The notes below the pieces were generated by a model. The model was given only the letters and a program-made list of their open reading frames with translations. It was not told where the DNA came from and did not search any database. The position numbers and the translations under genes were made by a program. From assembly GCA_964057225.1 (NCBI GenBank), contig CAXKVF010000072.1, positions 806,001 through 870,000 on the forward strand: a DNA stretch of 64,000 nucleotides. Reading direction: 5' to 3'. Below are positions 40,301 to 55,300 of this stretch, piece by piece. Source of the DNA: Auanema rhodensis. Taxonomy: Eukaryota > Animalia > Nematoda. Within the stretch, counting starts at the first letter, position 1; each line of letters begins with the position of its first letter.

Positions 40301-42400
40301 CGTAAATTTCAAAGTCATGGTTACCATGAACCAATATCAATAAAAATTTGTTTTGAGACTAATATGGACATGGGGAATCTAATTTTGAAAACCGCATCTC
40401 TTTATCTTTCACGTGAAGCGAGTTACATACCAAGTGCACATCACGTGTACATTTAATTAGCATAAATTAAAGTTCACGTAAATTTCAAAGTCATGGTTAC
40501 CATGCACCAATATCAATAAAAATTTGTTTTTAGACTAATATGGACATGGGGAATCTAATTTTGAAAACCGCATCTCTTTATCTTTCACGTGAAGCGAGTT
40601 ACATACCAAGTGCACATCACGTGTACATTTAATTAGCATAAATTGAAGTTCACGTAAATTTCAAAGTCATGGTTACCATGAAGCAATATCAATAAAAATT
40701 TGTTTTTAGACTAATATGGACATGGGGAATCTAATTTTGAAAACCGCATCTCTTTATCTTTCACGTGAAGCGAGTTACATACCAAGTGCACATCACGTGT
40801 ACATTTAATTAGCATAAATTAAAGTTCACGTAAAATTCAAAGTCATGGTTACCATGAACCAATATCAATAAAAATTTGTTTTTAGACTAATATGGACATG
40901 GGGAATCTAATTTTGAAAATCGCATCTCTTTATCTTTCACGTGAAGCGAGTTACATACCAAGTGCACATCACGTGTACATTTAATTAGCATAAATTAAAG
41001 TTCACGTAAATTTCAAAGTCATGGTTACCATGAAGCAATATCAATAAAAATTTGTTTTTAGACTAATATGGACATGGGGAATCTAATTTTAAAAACCGCA
41101 TCTCTTTATCTTTCACGTGAAGCGAGTTACATACCAAGTGCACATCACGTGTACATTTAATTAGCATAAATTAAAGTTCACGTAAATTTCAAAGTCATGG
41201 TTACCATGAACCAATATCAATAAAAATTTGTTTTTAGACTAATATGGACATGGGGAATCTAATTTTGAAAACCGCATCTCTTTATCTTTCACGTGAAGCG
41301 AGTTACATACCAAGTGCACATCACGTGTACATTTAATTAGCATAAATTAAAGTTCACGTAAATTTCAAAGTCATGGTTACCATGAACCAATATCAATAAA
41401 AATTTGTTTTTAGACTAATATGGACATGGGGAATCTAATTTTGAAAACCGCATCTCTTTATCTTTCACGTGAAGCGAGTTACATACCAAGTGCACATCAC
41501 GTGTACATTTAATTAGCATAAATTAAAGTTCACGTAAATTTCAAAGTCATGGTTACCATGCACCAATATTTTAAAAAAATATTTTTTTTAGACTAATATG
41601 GACATGGGGAATCTAATTTTGAAAACCGCATCTCTTTATCTTTCACGTGAAGCGAGTTACATACCAAGTGCACATCACGTGTACATTTAATTAGCATAAA
41701 TTAAAGTTCACGTAAATTTCAAAGTCATGGTTACCATGCACCAATATTTTAAAAAAATATTTTTTTTAGACTAATATGGACATGGGGAATCTAATTTTGA
41801 AAACCGCATCTCTTTATCTTTCACGTGAAGCGAGTTACATACCAAGTGCACATCACGTGTACATTTAATTAGCATAAATTAAAGTTCACGTAAATTTCAA
41901 AGTCATGGTTACCATGCACCAATATCAATAAAAATTTGTTTTTAGACTAATATGGACATGGGGAATCTAATTTTGAAAACCGCATCTCTTTATCTTTCAC
42001 GTGAAGCGAGTTACATACCAAGTGCACATCACGTGTACATTTAGTTAGCATAAATTAAAGTTCACGTAAATTTCAAAGTCATGGTTACCATGAACCAATA
42101 TCAATAAAAATTTGTTTTGAGACTAATATGGACATGGGGAATCTAATTTTGAAAACCGCATCTCTTTATCTTTCACGTGAAGCGAGTTACATACCAAGTG
42201 CACATCACGTGTACATTTAATTAGCATAAATTAAAGTTCACGTAAATTTCAAAGTCATGGTTACCATGCACCAATATCAATAAAAATTTGTTTTTAGACT
42301 AATATGGACATGGGGAATCTAATTTTGAAAACCGCATCTCTTTATCTTTCACGTGAAGCGAGTTACATACCAAGTGCACATCACGTGTACATTTAATTAG
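37310..42400. repeat. 10-monomer higher-order repeat, ~3 tandem copies (1764 bp period), each with two 178-bp monomers
   Basis: Units start at 37310, 39074 and 40838. Each has C83T, G78A, two 178-bp monomers, A146G and T46G in the same order. 1764 = 8x176 + 2x178. Confidence 0.95.
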
Positions 42401-43305
42401 CATAAATTAAAGTTCACGTAAATTTCAAAGTCATGGTTACCATGAAGCAATATCAATAAAAATTTGTTTTTAGACTAATATGGACATGGGGAATCTAATT
42501 TTGAAAACCGCATCTCTTTATCTTTCACGTGAAGCGAGTTACATACCAAGTGCACATCACGTGTACATTTAATTAGCATAAATTAAAGTTCACGTAAATT
42601 TCAAAGTCATGGTTACCATGAAGCAATATCAATAAAAATTTGTTTTTAGACTAATATGGACATGGGGAATCTAATTTTGAAAACCGCATCTCTTTATCTT
42701 TCACGTGAAGCGAGTTACATACCAAGTGCACATCACGTGTACATTTAATTAGCATAAATTAAAGTTCACGTAAATTTCAAAGTCATGGTTACCATGCACC
42801 AATATCAATAAAAATTTGTTTTTAGACTAATATGGACATGGGGAATCTAATTTTGAAAACCGCATCTCTTTATCTTTCACGTGAAGCGAGTTACATACCA
42901 AGTGCACATCACGTGTACATTTAATTAGCATAAATTAAAGTTCACGTAAAATTCAAAGTCATGGTTACCATGAACCAATATCAATAAAAATTTGTTTTTA
43001 GACTAATATGGACATGGGGAATCTAATTTTGAAAACCGCATCTCTTTATCTTTCACGTGAAGCGAGTTACATACCAAGTGCACATCACGTGTACATTTAA
43101 TTAGCATAAATTAAAGTTCACGTAAATTTCAAAGTCATGGTTACCATGAAGCAATATCAATAAAAATTTGTTTTTAGACTAATATGGACATGGGGAATCT
43201 AATTTTGAAAACCGCATCTCTTTATCTTTCACGTGAAGCGAGTTACATACCAAGTGCACATCACGTGTACATTTAATTAGCATAAATTAAAGTTCACGTA
43301 AATTT

Positions 43306-46300
43306 CAAAGTCATGGTTACCATGAAGCAATATCAATAAAAATTTGTTTTTAGACTAATATGGACATGGGGAATCTAATTTTGAAAACCGCATCTCTTTA
43401 TCTTTCACGTGAAGCGAGTTACATACCAAGTGCACATCACGTGTACATTTAATTAGCATAAATTAAAGTTCACGTAAATTTCAAAGTCATGGTTAACATG
43501 AACCAATATCAATAAAAATTTGTTTTTAGACTGATATGGACATGGGGAATCTAATTTTGAAAACCCCATTTCTTTATCTTTCACGTGAAGCGAGTTACAT
43601 ACCAAGTGCACATCACGTGTACATTTAATTAGCATAAATTAAAGTTCACGTAAAATTCAAAGTCATGGTTACCATGAACCAATATCAATAAAAATTTGTT
43701 TTTAGACTAATATGGACATGGGGAATCTAATTTTGAAAACCGCATCTCTTTATCTTTCACGTGAAGCGAGTTACATACCAAGTGCACATCACGTGTACAT
43801 TTAATTAGCATAAATTAAAGTTCACGTAAATTTCAAAGTCATGGTTACCATGAAGCAATATCAATAAAAATTTGTTTTTAGACTAATATGGACATGGGGA
43901 ATCTAATTTTGAAAACCGCATTTCTTCATCTTTCACGTGAAGCGAGTTACATACCAAGTGCACATCACGTGTACATTTAATTAGCATAAATTAAAGTTCA
44001 CGTAAAATTCAAAGTCATGGTTACCATGAACCAATATCAATAAAAATTTGTTTTTAGACTAATATGGACATGGGGAATCTAATTTTGAAAACCGCATCTC
44101 TTTATCTTTCACGTGAAGCGAGTTACATACCAAGTGCACATCACGTGTACATTTAATTAGCATAAATTAAAGTTCACGTAAATTTCAAAGTCATGGTTAC
44201 CATGAAGCAATATCAATAAAAATTTGTTTTTAGACTAATATGGACATGGGGAATCTAATTTTGAAAACCGCATCTCTTTATCTTTCACGTGAAGCGAGTT
44301 ACATACAAAGTGCACATCACGTGTACATTTAATTAGCATAAATTAAAGTTCACGTAAATTTCAAAGTCATGGTTACCATGAACCAATATCAATAAAAATT
44401 TGTTTTTAGACTAATATGGACATGGGGAATCTAATTTTGAAAACCGCATTTCTTTATCTTTCACGTGAAGCGAGTTACATACCAAGTGCACATCACGTGT
44501 ACATTTAATTAGCATAAATTAAAGTTCACGTAAAATTCAAAGTCATGGTTACCATGAACCAATATCAATAAAAATTTGTTTTTAGACTAATATGGACATG
44601 GGGAATCTAATTTTGAAAACCGCATCTCTTTATCTTTCACGTGAAGCGAGTTACATACCAAGTGCACATCACGTGTACATTTAATTAGCATAAATTAAAG
44701 TTCACGTAAATTTCAAAGTCATGGTTACCATGAAGCAATATCAATAAAAATTTGTTTTTAGACTAATATGGACATGGGGAATCTAATTTTGAAAACCGCA
44801 TCTCTTTATCTTTCACGTGAAGCGAGTTACATACCAAGTGCACATCACGTGTACATTTAATTAGCATAAATTAAAGTTCACGTAAATTTCAAAGTCATGG
44901 TTACCATGAACCAATATCAATAAAAATTTGTTTTCAGACTGATATGGACATGGGGAATCTAATTTTGAAAACCGCATTTCTTTATCTTTCACGTGAAGCG
45001 AGTTACATACCAAGTGCACATCACGTGTACATTTAATTAGCATAAATTAAAGTTCACGTAAAATTCAAAGTCATGGTTACCATGAACCAATATCAATAAA
45101 AATTTGTTTTTAGACTAATATGGACATGGGGAATCTAATTTTGAAAACCGCATCTCTTTATCTTTCACGTGAAGCGAGTTACATACCAAGTGCACATCAC
45201 GTGTACATTTAATTAGCATAAATTAAAGTTCACGTAAATTTCAAAGTCATGGTTACCATGAAGCAATATCAATAAAAATTTGTTTTTAGACTAATATTGA
45301 CATGGGGAATCTAATTTTGAAAACCGCATTTCTTTATCTTTCACGTGAAGCGAGTTACATACCAAGTGCACATCACGTGTACATTTAATTAGCATAAATT
45401 AAAGTTCACGTAAAATTCAAAGTCATGGTTACCATGAACCAATATCAATAAAAATTTGTTTTTAGACTAATATGGACATGGGGAATCTAATTTTGAAAAC
45501 CGCATCTCTTTATCTTTCACGTGAAGCGAGTTACATACCAAGTGCACATCACGTGTACATTTAATTAGCATAAATTAAAGTTCACGTAAATTTCAAAGTC
45601 ATGGTTACCATGAAGCAATATCAATAAAAATTTGTTTTTAGACTAATATGGACATGGGGAATCTAATTTTGAAAACCGCATCTCTTTATCTTTCACGTGA
45701 AGCGAGTTACATACCAAGTGCACATCACGTGTACATTTAATTAGCATAAATTAAAGTTCACGTAAATTTCAAAGTCATGGTTACCATGAACCAATATCAA
45801 TAAAAATTTGTTTTTAGACTGATATGGACATGGGGAATCTAATTTTGAAAACCGCATTTCTTTATCTTTCACGTGAAGCGAGTTACATACCAAGTGCACA
45901 TCACGTGTACATTTAATTAGCATAAATTAAAGTTCACGTAAAATTCAAAGTCATGGTTACCATGAACCAATATCAATAAAAATTTGTTTTTAGACTAATA
46001 TGGACATGGGGAATCTAATTTTGAAAACCGCATCTCTTTATCTTTCACGTGAAGCGAGTTACATACCAAGTGCACATCACGTGTACATTTAATTAGCATG
46101 AATTAAAGTTCACGTAAATTTCAAAGTCATGGTTACCATGAACCAATATCAATAAAAATTTGTTTTTAGACTAATATGGACATGGGGAATCTAATTTTGA
46201 AAACCGCATCTCTTTATCTTTCACGTGAAGCGAGTTACATACCAAGTGCACATCACGTGTACATTTAATTAGCATAAATTAAAGTTCACGTAAATTTCAA

Positions 46301-49300
46301 AGTCATGGTTACCATGAAGCAATATCAATAAAAATTTGTTTTTAGACTAATATGGACATGGGGAATCTAATTTTAAAAACCGCATCTCTTTATCTTTCAC
46401 GTGAAGCGAGTTACATACCAAGTGCACATCACGTGTACATTTAATTAGCATAAATTAAAGTTCACGTAAATTTCAAAGTCATGGTTACCATGAACCAATA
46501 TCAATAAAAATTTGTTTTTAGACTAATATGGACATGGGGAATCTAATTTTGAAAACCGCATCTCTTTATCTTTCACGTGAAGCGAGTTACATACCAAGTG
46601 CACATCACGTGTACATTTAATTTGCATAAATTAAAGTTCACGTAAATTTCAAAGTCATGGTTACCATGAACCAATATCAATAAAAATTTGTTTTTAGACT
46701 AATATGGACATGGGGAATCTAATTTTGAAAACCGCATCTCTTTATCTTTCACGTGAAGCGAGTTACATACCAAGTGCACATCACGTGTACATTTAATTAG
46801 CATAAATTAAAGTTCACGTAAATTTCAAAGTCATGGTTACCATGAAGCAATATCAATAAAAATTTGTTTTTAGACTAATATGGACATGGGGAATCTAATT
46901 TTGAAAACCGCATCTCTTTATCTTTCATGTGAAGCGAGTTACATACCAAGTGCACATCACGTGTACATTTAATTAGCATAAATTAAAGTTCACGTAAATT
47001 TCAAAGTCATGGTTACCATGAACCAATATCAATAAAAATTTGTTTTTAGACTAATATGGACATGGGGAATCTAATTTTGAAAACCGCATTTCTTTATCTT
47101 TCACGTGAAGCGAGTTACATACCAAGTGCACATCACGTGTACATTTAATTAGCATAAATTAAAGTTCACGTAAAATTCAAAGTCATGGTTACCATGAACC
47201 AATATCAATAAAAATTTGTTTTTAGACTAATATGGACATGGGGAATCTAATTTTGAAAACCGCATCTCTTTATCTTTCACGTGAAGCGAGTTACATACCA
47301 AGTGCACATCACGTGTACATTTAATTAGCATAAATTAAAGTTCACGTAAATTTCAAAGTCATGGTTACCATGAAGCAATATCAATAAAAATTTGTTTTTA
47401 GACTAATATGGACATGGGGAATCTAATTTTGAAAACCGCATCTCTTTATCTTTCACGTGAAGCGAGTTACATACCAAGTGCACATCACGTGTACATTTAA
47501 TTAGCATAAATTAAAGTTCACGTAAATTTCAAAGTCATGGTTACCATGAACCAATATCAATAAAAATTTGTTTTCAGACTGATATGGACATGGGGAATCT
47601 AATTTTGAAAACCGCATTTCTTTATCTTTCACGTGAAGCGAGTTACATACCAAGTGCACATCACGTGTACATTTAATTAGCATAAATTAAAGTTCACGTA
47701 AAATTCAAAGTCATGGTTACCATGAACCAATATCAATAAAAATTTGTTTTTAGACTAATATGGACATGGGGAATCTAATTTTGAAAACCGCATCTCTTTA
47801 TCTTTCACGTGAAGCGAGTTACATACCAAGTGCACATCACGTGTACATTTAATTAGCATGAATTAAAGTTCACGTAAATTTCAAAGTCATGGTTACCATG
47901 AACCAATATCAATAAAAATTTGTTTTTAGACTAATATGGACATGGGGAATCTAATTTTGAAAACCGCATCTTTTTATCTTTCACGTGAAGCGAGTTACAT
48001 ACCAAGTGCACATCACGTGTACATTTAATTAGCATAAATTAAAGTTCACGTAAATTTCAAAGTCATGGTTACCATGAACCAATATCAATAAAAATTTGTT
48101 TTGAGACTAATATGGACATGGGGAATCTAATTTTGAAAACCGCATCTCTTTATCTTTCACGTGAAGCGAGTTACATACCAAGTGCACATCACGTGTACAT
48201 TTAATTAGCATAAATTAAAGTTCACGTAAATTTCAAAGTCATGGTTACCATGCACCAATATCAATAAAAATTTGTTTTTAGACTAATATGGACATGGGGA
48301 ATCTAATTTTGAAAACCGCATCTCTTTATCTTTCACGTGAAGCGAGTTACATACCAAGTGCACATCACGTGTACATTTAATTAGCATAAATTAAAGTTCA
48401 CGTAAATTTCAAAGTCATGGTTACCATGAAGCAATATCAATAAAAATTTGTTTTTAGACTAATATGGACATGGGGAATCTAATTTTGAAAACCGCATCTC
48501 TTTATCTTTCACGTGAAGCGAGTTACATACCAAGTGCACATCACGTGTACATTTAATTAGCATAAATTAAAGTTCACGTAAATTTCAAAGTCATGGTTAC
48601 CATGAACCAATATCAATAAAAATTTGTTTTCAGACTGATATGGACATGGGGAATCTAATTTTGAAAACCGCATTTCTTTATCTTTCACGTGAAGCGAGTT
48701 ACATACCAAGTGCACATCACGTGTACATTTAATTAGCATAAATTAAAGTTCACGTAAAATTCAAAGTCATGGTTACCATGAACCAATATCAATAAAAATT
48801 TGTTTTTAGACTAATATGGACATGGGGAATCTAATTTTGAAAACCGCATCTCTTTATCTTTCACGTGAAGCGAGTTACATACCAAGTGCACATCACGTGT
48901 ACATTTAATTAGCATAAATTAAAGTTCACGTAAATTTCAAAGTCATGGTTACCATGAAGCAATATCAATAAAAATTTGTTTTTAGACTAATATGGACATG
49001 GGGAATCTAATTTTGAAAACCGCATTTCTTTATCTTTCACGTGAAGCGAGTTACATACCAAGTGCACATCACGTGTACATTTAATTAGCATAAATTAAAG
49101 TTCACGTAAAATTCAAAGTCATGGTTACCATGAACCAATATCAATAAAAATTTGTTTTTAGACTAATATGGACATGGGGAATCTAATTTTGAAAACCGCA
49201 TCTCTTTATCTTTCACGTGAAGCGAGTTACATACCAAGTGCACATCACGTGTACATTTAATTAGCATAAATTAAAGTTCACGTAAATTTCAAAGTCATGG

Positions 49301-52300
49301 TTACCATGAAGCAATATCAATAAAAATTTGTTTTTAGACTAATATGGACATGGGGAATCTAATTTTGAAAACCGCATCTCTTTATCTTTCACGTGAAGCG
49401 AGTTACATACCAAGTGCACATCACGTGTACATTTAATTAGCATAAATTAAAGTTCACGTAAATTTCAAAGTCATGGTTACCATGAACCAATATCAATAAA
49501 AATTTGTTTTTAGACTGATATGGACATGGGGAATCTAATTTTGAAAACCGCATTTCTTTATCTTTCACGTGAAGCGAGTTACATACCAAGTGCACATCAC
49601 GTGTACATTTAATTAGCATAAATTAAAGTTCACGTAAAATTCAAAGTCATGGTTACCATGAACCAATATCAATAAAAATTTGTTTTTAGACTAATATGGA
49701 CATGGGGAATCTAATTTTGAAAACCGCATCTCTTTATCTTTCACGTGAAGCGAGTTACATACCAAGTGCACATCACGTGTACATTTAATTAGCATAAATT
49801 AAAGTTCACGTAAATTTCAAAGTCATGGTTACCATGAAGCAATATCAATAAAAATTTGTTTTTAGACTAATATGGACATGGGGAATCTAATTTTGAAAAC
49901 CGCATCTCTTTATCTTTCACGTGAAGCGAGTTACATACCAAGTGCACATCACGTGTACATTTAATTAGCATGAATTAAAGTTCACGTAAATTTCAAAGTC
50001 ATGGTTACCATGAACCAATATCAATAAAAATTTGTTTTTAGACTAATATGGACATGGGGAATCTAATTTTGAAAACCGCATCTCTTTATCTTTCACGTGA
50101 AGCGAGTTACATACCAAGTGCACATCACGTGTACATTTAATTAGCATAAATTAAAGTTCACGTAAATTTCAAAGTCATGGTTACTATGAAGCAATATCAA
50201 TAAAAATTTGTTTTTAGACTAATATGGACATGGGGAATCTAATTTTAAAAACCGCATCTCTTTATCTTTCACGTGAAGCGAGTTACATACCAAGTGCACA
50301 TCACGTGTACATTTAATTAGCATAAATTAAAGTTCACGTAAATTTTGTATTTTTGTTTTTAGACTAATATGGACATGGGGAATCTAATTTTGAAAACCGC
50401 ATCTCTTTATCTTTCACGTGAAGCGAGTTACATACCAAGTGCACATCACGTGTACATTTAATTAGCATAAATTAAAGTTCACGTAAATTTCAAAGTCATG
50501 GTTACCATGAACCAATATCAATAAAAATTTGTTTTTAGACTAATATGGACATGGGGAATCTAATTTTGAAAACCGCATTTCTTTATCTTTCACGTGAAGC
50601 GAGTTACATACCAAGTGCACATCACGTGTACATTTAATTAGCATAAATTAAAGTTCACGTAAAATTCAAAGTCATGGTTACCATGAACCAATATCAATAA
50701 AAATTTGTTTTTAGACTAATATGGACATGGGGAATCTAATTTTGAAAACCGCATCTCTTTATCTTTCACGTGAAGCGAGTTACATACCAAGTGCACATCA
50801 CGTGTACATTTAATTAGCATAAATTAAAGTTCACGTAAATTTCAAAGTCATGGTTACCATGAAGCAATATCAATAAAAATTTGTTTTTAGACTAATATGG
50901 ACATGGGGAATCTAATTTTGAAAACCGCATCTCTTTATCTTTCACGTGAAGCGAGTTACATACCAAGTGCACATCACGTGTACATTTAATTAGCATGAAT
51001 TAAAGTTCACGTAAATTTCAAAGTCATGGTTACCATGAACCAATATCAATAAAAATTTGTTTTTAGACTAATATGGACATGGGGAATCTAATTTTGAAAA
51101 CCGCATCTCTTTATCTTTCACGTGAAGCGAGTTACATACCAAGTGCACATCACGTGTACATTTAATTAGCATAAATTAAAGTTCACGTAAATTTCAAAGT
51201 CATGGTTACCATGAAGCAATATCAATAAAAATTTGTTTTTAGACTAATATGGACATGGGGAATCTAATTTTAAAAACCGCATCTCTTTATCTTTCACGTG
51301 AAGCGAGTTACATACCAAGTGCACATCACGTGTACATTTAATTAGCATAAATTAAAGTTCACGTAAATTTCAAAGTCATGGTTACCATGAACCAATATCA
51401 ATAAAAATTTGTTTTTAGACTAATATGGACATGGGGAATCTAATTTTGAAAACCGCATCTCTTTATCTTTCACGTGAAGCGAGTTACATATCAAGTGCAC
51501 ATCACGTGTACATTTAATTAGCATAAATTAAAGTTCACGTAAATTTCAAAGTCATGGTTACCATGAACCAATATCAATAAAAATTTGTTTTTAGACTAAT
51601 ATGGACATGGGGAATCTAATTTTGAAAACCGCATCTCTTTATCTTTCACGTGAAGCGAGTTACATACCAAGTGCACATCACGTGTACATTTAATTAGCAT
51701 AAATTAAAGTTCACGTAAATTTCAAAGTCATGGTTACCATGCACCAATATCAATAAAAATTTGTTTTTAGACTAATATGGACATGGGGAATCTAATTTTG
51801 AAAACCGCATCTCTTTATCTTTCACGTGAAGCGAGTTACATACCAAGTGCACATCACGTGTACATTTAATTAGCATAAATTAAAGTTCACGTAAATTTCA
51901 AAGTCATGGTTACCATGCACCAATATCAATAAAAATTTGTTTTTAGACTAATATGGACATGGGGAATCTAATTTTGAAAACCGCATCTCTTTATCTTTCA
52001 CGTGAAGCGAGTTACATACCAAGTGCACATCACGTGTACATTTAGTTAGCATAAATTAAAGTTCACGTAAATTTCAAAGTCATGGTTACCATGAACCAAT
52101 ATCAATAAAAATTTGTTTTGAGACTAATATGGACATGGGGAATCTAATTTTGAAAACCGCATCTCTTTATCTTTCACGTGAAGCGAGTTACATACCAAGT
52201 GCACAACACGTGTACATTTAATTAGCATAAATTAAAGTTCACGTAAATTTCAAAGTCATGGTTACCATGCACCAATATCAATAAAAATTTGTTTTTAGAC

Positions 52301-55300
52301 TAATATGGACATGGGGAATCTAATTTTGAAAACCGCATCTCTTTATCTTTCACGTGAAGCGAGTTACATACCAAGTGCACATCACGTGTACATTTAATTA
52401 GCATAAATTAAAGTTCACGTAAATTTCAAAGTCATGGTTACCATGAAGCAATATCAATAAAAATTTGTTTTTAGACTAATATGGACATGGGGAATCTAAT
52501 TTTGAAAACCGCATCTCTTTATCTTCCACGTGAAGCGAGTTACATACCAAGTGCACATCACGTGTACATTTAATTAGCATAAATTAAAGTTCACGTAAAT
52601 TTCAAAGTCATGGTTACCATGAAGCAATATCAATAAAAATTTGTTTTTAGACTAATATGGACATGGGGAATCTAATTTTGAAAACCGCATCTCTTTATCT
52701 TTCACGTGAAGCGAGTTACATACCAAGTGCACATCACGTGTACATTTAATTAGCATAAATTAAAGTTCACGTAAATTTCAAAGTCATGGTTACCATGCAC
52801 CAATATCAATAAAAATTTGTTTTTAGACTAATATGGACATGGGGAATCTAATTTTGAAAACCGCATCTCTTTATCTTTCACGTGAAGCGAGTTACATACC
52901 AAGTGCACATCACGTGTACATTTAATTAGCATAAATTAAAGTTCACGTAAATTTCAAAGTCATGGTTACCATGAAGCAATATCAATAAAAATTTGTTTTT
53001 AGACTAATATGGACATGGGGAATCTAATTTTGAAAACCGCATCTCTTTATCTTTCACGTGAAGCGAGTTACATACCAAGTGCACATCACGTGTACATTTA
53101 ATTAGCATAAATTAAAGTTCACGTAAATTTCAAAGTCATGGTTACCATGAACCAATATCAATAAAAATTTGTTTTTAGACTAATATGGACATGGGGAATC
53201 TAATTTTGAAAACCGCATTTCTTTATCTTTCACGTGAAGCGAGTTACATACCAAGTGCACATCACGTGTACATTTAATTAGCATAAATTAAAGTTCACGT
53301 AAAATTCAAAGTCATGGTTACCATGAACCAATATCAATAAAAATTTGTTTTTAGACTAATATGGACATGGGGAATCTAATTTTGAAAACCGCATCTCTTT
53401 ATCTTTCACGTGAAGCGAGTTACATACCAAGTGCACATCACGTGTACATTTAATTAGCATAAATTAAAGTTCACGTAAATTTCAAAGTCATGGTTACCAT
53501 GAAGCAATATCAATAAAAATTTGTTTTTAGACTAATATGGACATGGGGAATCTAATTTTGAAAACCGCATCTCTTTATCTTTCACGTGAAGCGAGTTACA
53601 TACCAAGTGCACATCACGTGTACATTTAATTAGCATAAATTAAAGTTCACGTAAATTTCAAAGTCATGGTTACCATGAACCAATATCAATAAAAATTTGT
53701 TTTTAGACTGATATGGACATGGGGAATCTAATTTTGAAAACCGCATTTCTTTATCTTTCACGTGAAGCGAGTTACATACCAAGTGCACATCACGTGTACA
53801 TTTAATTAGCATAAATTAAAGTTCACGTAAAATTCAAAGTCATGGTTACCATGAACCAATATCAATAAAAATTTGTTTTTAGACTAATATGGACATGGGG
53901 AATCTAATTTTGAAAACCGCATCTCTTTATCTTTCACGTGAAGCGAGTTACATACCAAGTGCACATCACGTGTACATTTAATTAGCATGAATTAAAGTTC
54001 ACGTAAATTTCAAAGTCATGGTTACCATGAACCAATATCAATAAAAATTTGTTTTTAGACTAATATGGACATGGGGAATCTAATTTTGAAAACCGCATCT
54101 TTTTATCTTTCACGTGAAGCGAGTTACATACCAAGTGCACATCACGTGTACATTTAATTAGCATAAATTAAAGTTCACGTAAATTTCAAAGTCATGGTTA
54201 CCATGAACCAATATCAATAAAAATTTGTTTTTAGACTAATATGGACATGGGGAATCTAATTTTGAAAACCGCATCTCTTTATCTTTCACGTGAAGCGAGT
54301 TACATACCAAGTGCACATCACGTGTACATTTAATTAGCATAAATTAAAGTTCACGTAAATTTCAAAGTCATGGTTACCATGCACCAATATCAATAAAAAT
54401 TTGTTTTTAGACTAATATGGACATGGGGAATCTAATTTTGAAAACCGCATCTCTTTATCTTTCACGTGAAGCGAGTTACATACCAAGTGCACATCACGTG
54501 TACATTTAATTAGCATAAATTAAAGTTCACGTAAATTTCAAAGTCATGGTTACCATGCACCAATATCAATAAAAATTTGTTTTTAGACTAATATGGACAT
54601 GGGGAATCTTATTTTGAAAACCGCATCTCTTTATCTTTCACGTGAAGCGAGTTACATACCAAGTGCACATCACGTGTACATTTAATTAGCATAAATTAAA
54701 GTTCACGTAAATTTCAAAGTCATGGTTACCATGAACCAATATCAATAAAAATTTGTTTTGAGACTAATATGGACATGGGGAATCTAATTTTGAAAACCGC
54801 ATCTCTTTATCTTTCACGTGAAGCGAGTTACATACCAAGTGCACATCACGTGTACATTTAATTAGCATAAATTAAAGTTCACGTAAATTTCAAAGTCATG
54901 GTTACCATGCACCAATATCAATAAAAATTTGTTTTTAGACTAATATGGACATGGGGAATCTAATTTTGAAAACCGCATCTCTTTATCTTTCACGTGAAGC
55001 GAGTTACATACCAAGTGCACATCACGTGTACATTTAATTAGCATAAATTAAAGTTCACGTAAATTTCAAAGTCATGGTTACCATGCACCAATATCAAAAA
55101 AAATTTGTTTTTAGACTAATATGGACATGGGGAATCTAATTTTGAAAACCGCATCTCTTTATCTTTCACGTGAAGCGAGTTACATACCAAGTGCACATCA
55201 CGTGTACATTTAATTAGCATAAATTAAAGTTCACGTAAAATTCAAAGTCATGGTTACCATGAACCAATATCAATAAAAATTTGTTTTTAGACTAATATGG

